Under the pieces are notes generated by a model. That model did not search any database, was not told the DNA's origin, and saw nothing but the letters and a program-made list of their open reading frames with translations. A program made the position numbers and the translations under genes. This document shows positions 24,826-34,789 of a stretch of 64,000 bases of DNA, piece by piece (within the stretch, counting starts at the first letter, position 1; each line of letters starts with the position of its first letter). The stretch comes from Eledone cirrhosa (taxonomy: Eukaryota), in NCBI GenBank assembly GCA_964016885.1, contig OZ024741.1, positions 250,480,001 to 250,544,000 on the forward strand. The letters are read 5' to 3'.

Positions 24826-27545
24826 GGTGTTTTTAATTGCGTTCCCCCCCGTGAGGGTTTTAATGGCATTTTAAATGACATTTTAATGAGTTTTTATGAT
24901 GTTTTAATGGCGTTGTAATTGTTTTTTATTGGGTTTTTAATATAATTTTGTATGAGCTTTTAATGGGGGTTTTCAATGTTGTTTTTAATGGAGTGTTTAA
25001 TGGAATTTTAATGGGGGTTTGATAAAAAAAATTAATTGCTTTTTAATTTAATTTTTAATGCGTTTTTGATGTTGTTTAAGTGCGTTCATGATGATCTTTT
25101 TAATGGATTTTTAATGACGTTTTAATGACTTTTATGGCGTTTTAATGGGTTTTTTAATTGGGTTTTTAATATAGTTTTTTAAAAGATCTTTACTTGGGAT
25201 TTTATGGGTTTTCAATGCGGTTTTTAATGGTATATTAATGGAGTTTTTGGTGTGGTTGTTAATGGTATTAGTGACATTTTAATGTGTTTTTAATGGTGTT
25301 TTAAGCGAGTTTCTGATTTAGTTTAAATTTAAATATTTGATGGTCCTTCTAATGGGCTTTAATGGATGTGTAATGTGTTTAATGCAATTTTAATGGGGTT
25401 TAATGGGGGTAGTAGGTTTCAATGGGTTTTAATGGAGTTTTAATGGCTAGTGCTCTTTTTTTAGAGTTTTTAATGGTGTTTTTAATGGTTTTTCATTGAG
25501 CTTTTAATTGCGTTTTTAATTGCGTTTTTAATCTAGTTTAAAAATTGAGTTTTAATGGGTTTTTCAATTAGGTTTTTAATGGATTTATAATGGTGTTTTT
25601 TACGGATCCTTTAATTTTTTATAATGGGTTTTCAATGCCGTTTTAATGGTGTTTTTTAATGGTATCCTTAATGACGCTTCGATAAGTTTCAATGTTATTT
25701 TAATGGGGTTTTGATTGATTTTTTAATGGAGTTTTTTTAATGAACTGTTATTGGGGTTTTCAATCAGGTTTTTAACTGAATTTTTAATGTTTTTCAATTA
25801 GATTTTTTATGGAGTTTTTATGGGCTTTTTAATGAGTTTTTAATGGTGTGCTAATTGAGTTTTCAATTACCTTTTTAATTGAGTATAAAATCGAGTTTTT
25901 ACTAAGTTTTTAATGAATTTTTAATGGAATTTTAATGGGGTTTCCAATGGACTTTTAATTGTGTTTTAATGGGGTTTTGATTGATTTTTTAATGGAGTTT
26001 TTTAATGAACTTTTATTGGGGTTTTCAATCAGGTTTTTAACTGAATTTTTAATGTTTTTCAATTAGATTTTTTATGGAGTTTTTATGGGCTTTTTAATGA
26101 GTTTTTAATGGTGTGCTAATTGAGTTTTCAATTACCTTTTTAATTGAGTATAAAATCGAGTTTTTACTAAGTTTTTAATGAATTTTTAATGGAATTTTAA
26201 TGGGGGTTTCCAATGGACTTTTAATTGTGTTTTAATGGGGTTTTAAAATTGGTTTTTAGTTGCATTTTTCAGGGGCTTTTAATGGGGCTTAATGGGGGTT
26301 TAATGGGGGATTTAATTGAGTTTTTAATGGAGTTTAATAGAGTTTATAATGGAGGTTTTAATGGAGTTTTTAATGAAGTTTTAATGTAGTTTTTAATGAG
26401 GTTTTTAATGACGATTTTAATGGCGTTCTTAATGGCGTTTTAATGGTATTTTATGGCATTTTAATGACGGTTGTAATGGTTTTTAATGGAGTGTTAATTG
26501 GTTATTAATTGTATTTTAATGGGTTTTATGAGCTTTTTAATGGGCTTTTTAGTGATGTTTTTAATGGAGTTTTTAATGGGTCTTTTAATGGAATTTGCAA
26601 TGTATTTTTTAATGGTGTTTTCAATTGTATTTTTAATGACGTTTTAATGGTGTTTTTTATGGCGTTTTAATAGGATTTTTAATTGGTTTTTTAAAGGACT
26701 ATTATTATGGGTTTTTTATGTAATTTTATAATGGGATTTTCAGTAGGGTTTTTAATTGGATTTTTAATGGAGTTTATAATATGGTTTTTAATTGGATTTT
26801 TAAAGAATTTATAATTGCGGTTTTAATATAGTGTTTAATGGAGTATTTAATTGGTTTTTAATGGTAATTTTAATGAGTTATCAATGGAGTTTTTAATGAC
26901 ATTTTTAATGACGTTTTAATAGCGTTTTATGACGTTTTAATGACGTTTTAATGGTTTTTTATTGGGTTTTGGGAGTTTTTATGAGCTTCTAATTAGGTTT
27001 TAAATGGGGTTTTCAATGAGGTTTTTAGTGGAATTTTTAATGGGCCTTTAATGTATTTTTAATGGGATTTTAATGTTTTTTATGGCGTTTTTAATGGTAT
27101 TTTAAATGCTGTTTTAATGTTTCTTTTATGGCCTTTATATTGGGTTTTTGATTGAGTTTTTAATGGATTTTTTTTAACGAGAATTATGAAGTTTAATGGG
27201 TTTCCAGTGTTTTAAATGAAGTTTTTGATAATATTTTTAATGGAATTTTAATGGCGGTTATGGGATTTTAATGGGTTCTGGTGGTATTTTTGTGGGTTTT
27301 AATGGGGTGTTAAATGGTTTTAGTGTTGTTTTACTTGCGCTTTCGATTACGTTTACAATTAAGTTTTTACTGTTTTTAATTGGATTTTTAATGGATTTTA
27401 ATGTGGTTTTTAATGGAATTTTAATGGTGTTTTAATATAGCTTTTAATGGGTTTCGGATGTAGCTTTTAATGGTGGTTTAGTGTGCTTTTTATTGGGTTT
27501 TTAATGAGTTTTATGAGCTTTTCAATGGAGTTTTTAATGGTGTTT
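24826..27545 (+). repeat. Degenerate 10-11 bp TTTT(T)AATGG minisatellite, T/G-rich orientation, 5'-truncated first copy
   Basis: Repeated TTTTAATGGNG, TTTTAATTGNG and TTTTATGG units. It is colinear with 30886-33670 apart from three larger indels and minor variants. Confidence 0.95.
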
Positions 27546-27680
27546 ATATATATATATATACATACATATATATGTATATATATATATTTACACATATATA
27601 TGTGTATATATATATGTGTATATATATATTTACACATATATATGTGTATATATATATTTACACATATATATGTGTATTAA

Positions 27681-27713
<33 letters not shown>

Positions 27714-27714
27714 T

Positions 27715-27782
<68 letters not shown>

Positions 27783-27905
27783 TATATATATATATATATA
27801 TATTAAATATATATATATATATATATTAAATATATATATATATATATATTAAATATATATATATATATATATATATATTAAATATATATATATATATATA
27901 TATAT

Positions 27906-27951
<46 letters not shown>
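27545..27951. repeat. Compound (TA)n microsatellite: three TTTACACATATATATGTGTA units followed by (TA)n runs punctuated by TTAAA
   Basis: Directly visible. Other copies at about 33670-34066, 39502-39908, 45378-45785, 51415-51815, 57537-57942 and 63714-64000. Confidence 0.97.
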
Positions 27952-27954
<3 letters not shown>

Positions 27955-28153
27955 CACTTTCATGTTACACACTATATATAAACTGGGATTTATATTTTGC
28001 GTTAGTGCCATATTAAGCTGACAACGATATATTCGTATCTTAAAAAATATTTTTTTTAGATCACATTGTTCTAGATATTATTAAAATTATTAAATCTATT
28101 TTCAATTTGCACGAACACTTGCATATACTACATACATACATTTATATAGACAC
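27952..28153. other. About 200 bp complex (non-microsatellite) AT-rich island 1 of the macro-unit, function unknown
   Basis: TTCCACTTTCATGTTAC...TTGCACGAACACTTGCAT is nearly identical in six copies, starting at about 27952, 34067, 39909, 45785, 51816 and 57943. Confidence 0.85.
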
Positions 28154-28547
28154 TAACACAAATATTAGCATATACATAATTTCTTAGTCATTGAGGATGT
28201 GTTTTTATACATACATATGCATATTGCATACATACATACATACACACATACAAGCATATACATAGACATACACACACACATATATACACACACTGTATAT
28301 ATATATATACATACACACACACACACATATATATATACACACACACACTATATATATATATAGTGTGTGGTGTATATATATATATGTGTGTGTGTGTATG
28401 TATATATATACAGTGTGTGTATATATATGTGTGTGTATGTGTATGTATATGCTTGTATGTGTGTATGTATGGATGCAATATGCATATGTATGTATAAAAA
28501 ACACATCCTCAATTACTAAGAAAATATGTATATGCTAATATTTGTGT

Positions 28548-28549
<2 letters not shown>
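28154..28549. repeat. 396 bp near-perfect palindrome (possible hairpin MITE), copy 1
   Basis: The left end TAACACAAATATTAGCATATACATAATTTCTTAGTCATTGAGGATGTGTTTTT is the near-exact reverse complement of the right end AAAAACACATCCTCAATTACTAAGAAAATATGTATATGCTAATATTTGTGTTA (2 mismatches). Symmetry continues inward to the centre CACACT(AT)nAGTGTG at about 28355. Confidence 0.95.
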
Positions 28550-28579
<30 letters not shown>

Positions 28580-28638
28580 CGCACACACTATATATATATA
28601 TATACATACACACTATATATATATATATACACACACAC

Positions 28639-28688
<50 letters not shown>
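28550..28688. repeat. (TA)n tract with three CACACTATATA motifs, downstream of the palindrome
   Basis: Directly visible and present after each palindrome copy. Confidence 0.9.
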
Positions 28689-28689
<1 letters not shown>

Positions 28690-29334
28690 AATCCCATTAA
28701 AAACCACATTAAAAATTCAATTAAAAATCTATTTTGAAAAACCCATTAAAAACCCCATTATAAGCTCATAAAACACTCCATTAAAACCCCAACCAAACCC
28801 CCCATTAAAACACAATTAAAACATCATTAAGAATGCCAATAAAAGCGCCATTAAAAACCACATTGGAAACCCATAAAAACCCAATTAAAACAAAATTAAA
28901 GTTTCCATTAAAAGTCCCCATTAAAACTCCATTAAAACCCCCATTAAACCCCCCTCGAAAAGACATTAAAACCTCAAATTTAAACCGAAATAAAAACTCA
29001 ATTAAAACGCAATTAAAAACTCAATTAAAACACCATTAAAAACACAATTAAAAGCCCATTAAACCAATTAAAATTGCATTAACACACCACTAAGGTTCCA
29101 TTGGAAAACCATTAAAAATGTCATTAAAAACTACACTGAAAACCCATTAAACCCCCATTAAAAGCGCACCCAAAACTTTATAAAAAACCAAATAAAAACC
29201 CCATTAAAATACCATTAAAACGGCATAAAACACCATTAAAACTACATTAAAACTCAATTAAAAATTCCATTTAAATCTCCATTATAAACTCAATTAAAAC
29301 TCCATTAAAACTCAATTAAAAACTCCATTAAAAA
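28689..29334 (-). repeat. CCATTAAAA minisatellite block 1 (same family as the T-rich block, opposite orientation)
   Basis: CCATTAAAA(A) and CAATTAAAA(A) units are the reverse complement of TTTTAATGG and TTTTAATTG. Present in all six complete units. Confidence 0.95.
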
Positions 29335-29445
29335 CACACACACATGAAGTTACATGCTGGCTTGCACACTTATAGCGATTGCTATTTCCTTTTAATTTCA
29401 TTAAAACTAGGATGTTTTAGAAAGATAAAAACAAAACTGAATAAT
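29335..29445. other. About 110 bp complex island 2 of the macro-unit, function unknown
   Basis: CACACACACATGAAGTTACATGCTGGCTTGCACACTTATAGCGATTGCTAT... is nearly invariant in six copies. Confidence 0.85.
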
Positions 29446-29577
29446 GAAGAGACTAGGGAGGGGTAAAGAAAGGCAGATCAGGCGGTAGAGGACAGTAGGG
29501 GGAGAAGAGGGAAGAGACTTGGGAGGGGTAAAGAAAGGCAGATCTGGCTGTAGAGGACAGTAGGGGGAGAAGAGGGA
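29446..29577 (+). repeat. Purine-rich 65 bp direct tandem duplication
   Basis: GAAGAGACT(A/T)GGGAGGGGTAAAGAAAGGCAGATC(A/T)GGC(G/T)GTAGAGGACAGTAGGGGGAGAAGAGG starts at 29446 and again at 29511. Other copies begin at 35564, 41406, 47278, 53320 and 59439. Confidence 0.95.
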
Positions 29578-29580
29578 GAA

Positions 29581-29628
29581 ATAAACTAAATTATAAACTA
29601 AGTTATAAACTAAATTATAAACTAAATT
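29581..29628 (+). repeat. 12 bp minisatellite ATAAACTAA(A/G)TT x4
   Basis: Four consecutive copies, the second carrying G. The same pattern is present in all units. Confidence 0.93.
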
Positions 29629-29636
29629 AAAAACTC

Positions 29637-29754
29637 AATAAAATAAAATAAAATAAAATAAAATAAAATAAAATAAAATAAAATAAAATAAAATAAAATA
29701 AAATAAAATAAAATAAAAAAAAAAATAAAATAAAATAAAATAAAATAAAATAAA

Positions 29755-29787
<33 letters not shown>

Positions 29788-29948
29788 AAATAAAATAAAA
29801 AAAACTAAAAAATATAAATAAAATAAAATAAAATAAATAAAATAAAATAAAATAAAATAAAATAAAATAAAATAAATAAAAATAAAATAAAATAAAAAAA
29901 AATAAAAAAAAATTAAATATAAAAAATAAATAAAATAAAATAAAATAA
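29637..29948 (+). repeat. (AAAAT)n microsatellite with poly-A interruptions
   Basis: Directly visible and variable in length. Other copies at about 35755-36118, 41597-41984, 47469-47770, 53511-53800 and 59630-59993. Confidence 0.97.
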
Positions 29949-29949
29949 G

Positions 29950-30410
29950 AACTCAATTAAAAACTCAGTAAAAACTCAATTAAAAACTCAATTAAAAACT
30001 CAATCGAAGCACCATTAAAACACCATTAAAAACTCCACTATAAACCCACTAAACCCATTAAAAACCAATTAAAAATTCAATTACACATCCCATTAGAAAT
30101 TTCATTAAAAACTCAATTAAAAGTTCCATTGAAAACACATTCAAAACCCATTAACCCCATATTAAAAGTTCATAAAACTCTATTAAAAACCCAATAACAA
30201 ACCAATTAAAACGCCATTAAAACGCCACAAAACACAATAAAATGTCATAAAAACGCCATTAAAACATCACAAAAAGCCCAATTAAAAAACCATTAATAAT
30301 GTCATTAAAAATTCCATAAAAATCCATTAAAAACTCCACTAAAAGCCCATTAAAAAGTTCATTAAAAGCCATATTATAAATTTCATAAAAAACAATTGAA
30401 AACCCCATTA
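29950..30410 (-). repeat. CCATTAAAA minisatellite block 2, ending at the orientation switch
   Basis: A/C-rich units run up to ...AAAACCCCATTA, followed immediately by TTTATGAGCC and T/G-rich units. Confidence 0.95.
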
Positions 30411-33400
30411 TTTATGAGCCTTTTTTATGAGTTTTTAATAGTGTTTTAATTCAGTTTTTAATTGCGTTTAAAATTGGGTTTTAATGGCTTTTTAATGGTG
30501 TTTTAATGGAATTTTAATGTGATTTTCGATGGTGTTTAATGGGTTTTTTATGGAGTTTTTAATTGGGTTTTCAATGGTGTTGTTTATGAGTTTTTAAATG
30601 GGTTTTTAATGGAATTTTTGATTGCGTTTTTAATGAAATTTTTAATAGATTCAAGGATGTTTTAATGGAGTTTTTAATGGTCTTTTTAATGGCGTTTTAA
30701 TTGTGTTTTTATGGTGTTTAAATGCGTTTTAATGATTTTTAATTGGGTTTTTAATGGAGTATTTTTAATGAGCTCTTAATGGATTTTTCAATTGGATACT
30801 TAATGGGTTTTAATGGAATTTATAATAAGGGTTCTAATTGACTTTAAATATGATTTTTAATGGAGTTTTTAATGAAATTTCTAATGGTGTTTTTAATTGC
30901 GTTTCCCCCCGTGAGGGTTTTAATGGCATTTTAAATGACATTTTAATGAGTTTTTATGATGTTTTAATGGCGTTGTAATTGTTTTTTATTGGGTTTTTAA
31001 TATAATTTTGTATGAGCTTTTAATGGGGGTTTTCAATGTTGTTTTTAATGGAGTGTTTAATGGAATTTTAATGGGGGTTTGATAAAAAAAATTAATTGCT
31101 TTTTAATTTAATTTTTAATGCGTTTTTGATGGTGTTTAAGTGCGTTCATGATGATCTTTTTAATGGATTTTTAATGGGGTTTTAATTGAATTTTTAATGG
31201 TGTTTTCAATGTAATTTTTAATGATAGTTTAATGGTGTTTTAATGACGTTTTAATTGTGTTTTTTATGGTGTTTTAGTGACGTTTAAATAGGATTTTTAA
31301 TTGGTTTTTTAATTGAGTATTTATATGAGTTTTCACTGGTGTTTTTAATGGGTTTTTCAATATTGCATTTAATGAAATTTTTAATATGGTTTCAAATGGA
31401 ATTTTTAATGTGTTTTTAATTGGGTTTCTAGTGACGTTTTTAATGGTACTTTAAATGACGTTTTAATGACTTTTATGGCGTTTTAATGGGTTTTTTAATT
31501 GGGTTTTTAATGTAGTTTTTTAAAAGATCTTTACTTGGGATTTTATGGGTTTTCAATGCGGTTTTTAATGGTATATTAATGGAGTTTTTGGTGTGGTTGT
31601 TAATGGTATTAGTGACATTTTAATGTGTTTTTAATGGTGTTTTAAGCGAGTTTCTGATTTAGTTTAAATTTAAATATTTGATGGTCCTTCTAATGGGCTT
31701 TAATGGATGTGTAATGTGTTTAATGCAATTTTAATGGGGTTTAATGGGGGTAGTAGGTTTCAATGGGTTTTAATGGAGTTTTAATGGCTAGTGCTCTTTT
31801 TTAAAGAGTTTTTAATGGTGTTTTTAATGGTTTTTCATTGAGCTTTTAATTGCGTTTTTAATCTAGTTTAAAAATTGAGTTTTAATGGGTTTTTCAATTA
31901 GGTTTTTAATGGATTTATAATGGTGTTTTTTACGGACCCTTTAATTTTTTATAATGGGTTTTCAATGCCGTTTTAATGGTGTTTTTTAATGGTATCCTTA
32001 ATGACGCTTCGATAAGTTTCAATGTTATTTTAATGGGGTTTTGATTGATTTTTTAATGGAGTTTTTTTAATGAACTTTTATTGGGGTTTTCAATCAGGTT
32101 TTTAACTGAATTTTTAATGTTTTTCAATTAGATTTTTTATGGAGTTTTTATGGGCTTTTTAATGAGTTTTTAATGGTGTGCTAATTGAGTTTCAATTACC
32201 TTTTTAATTGAGTATAAAATCGAGTTTTTACTAAGTTTTTAATGAATTTTTAATGGAATTTTAATGGGGGTTTCCAATGGACTTTTAATTGTGTTTTAAT
32301 GGGGTTTTAAAATTGGTTTTTAGTTGCATTTTTCAGGGGCTTTTAATGGGGCTTAATGGGGGTTTAATGGGGGATTTAATTGAGTTTTTAATGGAGTTTA
32401 ATAGAGTTTATAATGGAGGTTTTAATGGAGTTTTTAATGAAGTTTTAATGTAGTTTTTAATGAGGTTTTTAATGACGATTTTAATGGCGTTCTTAATGGC
32501 GTTTTAATGGTATTTTATGGCATTTTAATGACGGTTGTAATGGTTTTTAATGGAGTGTTAATTGGTTATTAATTGTATTTTAATGGGTTTTATGAGCTTT
32601 TTAATGGGCTTTTTAGTGATGTTTTTAATGGAGTTTTTAATGGGTCTTTTAATGGAATTTGCAATGTATTTTTTAATGGTGTTTTCAATTGTATTTTTAA
32701 TGACGTTTTAATGGTGTTTTTTATGGCGTTTTAATAGGATTTTTAATTGGTTTTTTAAAGGACTATTATTATGGGTTTTTTATGTAATTTTATAATGGGA
32801 TTTTCAGTAGGGTTTTTAATTGGATTTTTAATGGAGTTTATAATATGGTTTTTAATTGGATTTTTAAAGAATTTATAATTGCGGTTTTAATATAGTGTTT
32901 AATGGAGTATTTAATTGGTTTTTAATGGTAATTTTAATGGAGTGTTTAATGTGTTTTTAATGGGGGAGGAGGGGGGTAAAATGCAGTTTTTAATTGAGTT
33001 ATCAATGGAGTTTTTAATGACATTTTTAATGACGTTTTAATAGCGTTTTATGACGTTTTAATGACGTTTTAATGGTTTTTTTATTGGGTTTTGGGAGTTT
33101 TTATGAGCTTCTAATTAGGTTTTAAATGGGGTTTTCAATGAGGTTTTTAGTGGAATTTTTAATGGGCCTTTAATGTATTTTTAATGGGATTTTAATGTTT
33201 TTTATGGCGTTTTTAATGGTATTTTAAATGCTGTTTTAATGTTTCTTTTATGGCCTTTTAATTGGGTTTTTGATTGAGTTTTTAATGAATTTTTTTTAAC
33301 GAGAATTATGAAGTTTAATGGGTTTCCAGTGTGTTTTAAATGAAGTTTTTGATAATATTTTTAATGGAATTTTAATGGCGGTTATGGGATTTTAATGGGT

Positions 33401-33670
33401 TCTGGTGGTATTTTTGTGGGTTTTAATGGGGTGTTAAATGGTTTTAATGTTGTTTTACTTGCGCTTTCGATTACGTTTACAATTAAGTTTTTACTGTTTT
33501 TAATTGGATTTTTAATGGATTTTAATGTGGTTTTTAATGGAATTTTAATGGTGTTTTAATATAGTTTTTAATGGGTTTCGGATGTAGCTTTTAATGGTGG
33601 TTTAGTGTGCTTTTTATTGGGTTTTTAATAAGTTTTTATGAGCTTTTCAATGGAGTTTTTAATGGTGTTT
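30411..33670 (+). repeat. Full-length T/G-rich TTTTAATGG minisatellite block (about 3.26 kb)
   Basis: Same motif. Other copies at about 36580-39502, 42446-45378, 48222-51415, 54263-57537 and 60455-63714. Confidence 0.95.
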
Positions 33671-33837
33671 ATATATATATATATATACATACATATATAT
33701 GTATATATATATATTTACACATATATATGTGTATATATATATGTGTATATATATATTTACACATATATATGTGTATATATATATTTACACATATATATGT
33801 GTATTAAATATATATATATATATATATATACATATAT

Positions 33838-33874
<37 letters not shown>

Positions 33875-33995
33875 TATATATATATATATATATATATTAA
33901 ATATATATATATATATATATTAAATATATATATATATATATATATATTAAATATATATATATATATATATATATTAAATATATATATATATATAT

Positions 33996-34042
<47 letters not shown>

Positions 34043-34268
34043 TATATATATATATATATATATATATTCCACTTTCATGTTACACACTATATATAAACTG
34101 GGATTTATATTTTGCGTTAGTGCCATATTAAGCTGACAACGATATATTCGTATCTTAAAAAATATTTTTTTTAGATCACATTGTTCTAGATATTATTAAA
34201 ATTATTAAATCTATTTTCAATTTGCACGAACACTTGCATATACTACATACATACATTTATATAGACAC

Positions 34269-34662
34269 TAACACAAATATTAGCATATACATAATTTCTT
34301 AGTCATTGAGGATGTGTTTTTATACATACATATGCATATTGCATACATACATACATACACACATACAAGCATATACATAGACATACACACACACATATAT
34401 ACACACACTGTATATATATATATACATGCACACACACACACATATATATATACACACACACACACTATATATATATAGTGTGTGGTGTATATATATATAT
34501 GTGTGTGTGTGTATGTATATATATACAGTGTGTGTATATATATGAGTGTGTATGTGTATGTATATGCTTGTATGTGTGTATGTATGGATGCAATATGCAT
34601 ATGTATGTATAAAAAACACATCCTCAATTACTAAGAAAATATGTATATGCTAATATTTGTGT

Positions 34663-34664
<2 letters not shown>
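34269..34664. repeat. Palindrome copy 2 (396 bp)
   Basis: Same termini, TAACACAAATATTAGC...GCTAATATTTGTGTTA. Confidence 0.95.
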
Positions 34665-34694
<30 letters not shown>

Positions 34695-34757
34695 CGCACA
34701 CACTATATATATATATATATATACATACACACTATATATATATATATACACACACAC

Positions 34758-34789
<32 letters not shown>

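Larger units (their letters stand above)
28689..33670. mobile_element. Putative non-autonomous foldback-like element (about 5 kb) with oppositely oriented minisatellite arms, bounded by (TA)n on both sides
   Basis: The left end AAATCCCATTAAAAA matches the reverse complement of the right end (AAACACCATTAAAAA) at 13 of 15 positions, and both ends abut TA runs. There is no transposase and the arms are not colinear, so mobility is only inferred. Confidence 0.25.

Noticed and set aside
27679-27920. TTAA punctuation in the TA tract as piggyBac target sites
   Set aside because: No piggyBac-like termini or inserted sequence are present. Slippage amplification of a single interruption explains it more simply.
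28833-29039. 68 aa K/P/T-rich ORF MPIKAPLKTT...
   Set aside because: It reads through the CCATTAAAA minisatellite and appears in the track for only 2 of 6 copies, because a C-run length varies and one copy has lost the ATG.
29372-29410. Helitron 3' end (ATAGC-GATT-GCTAT hairpin upstream of CTAG)
   Set aside because: The stem is only 5 bp and AT-rich, lies about 20 bp from the CTAG, and the CTAG is followed by G rather than T. No matching 5' TC end could be defined.
24826-33670. Telomeric repeat or telomere-fusion interpretation of the T/G-rich and A/C-rich blocks
   Set aside because: There is no homogeneous TTAGG, TTAGGG or TTTAGGG array. The units are 10-11 bp and highly degenerate.
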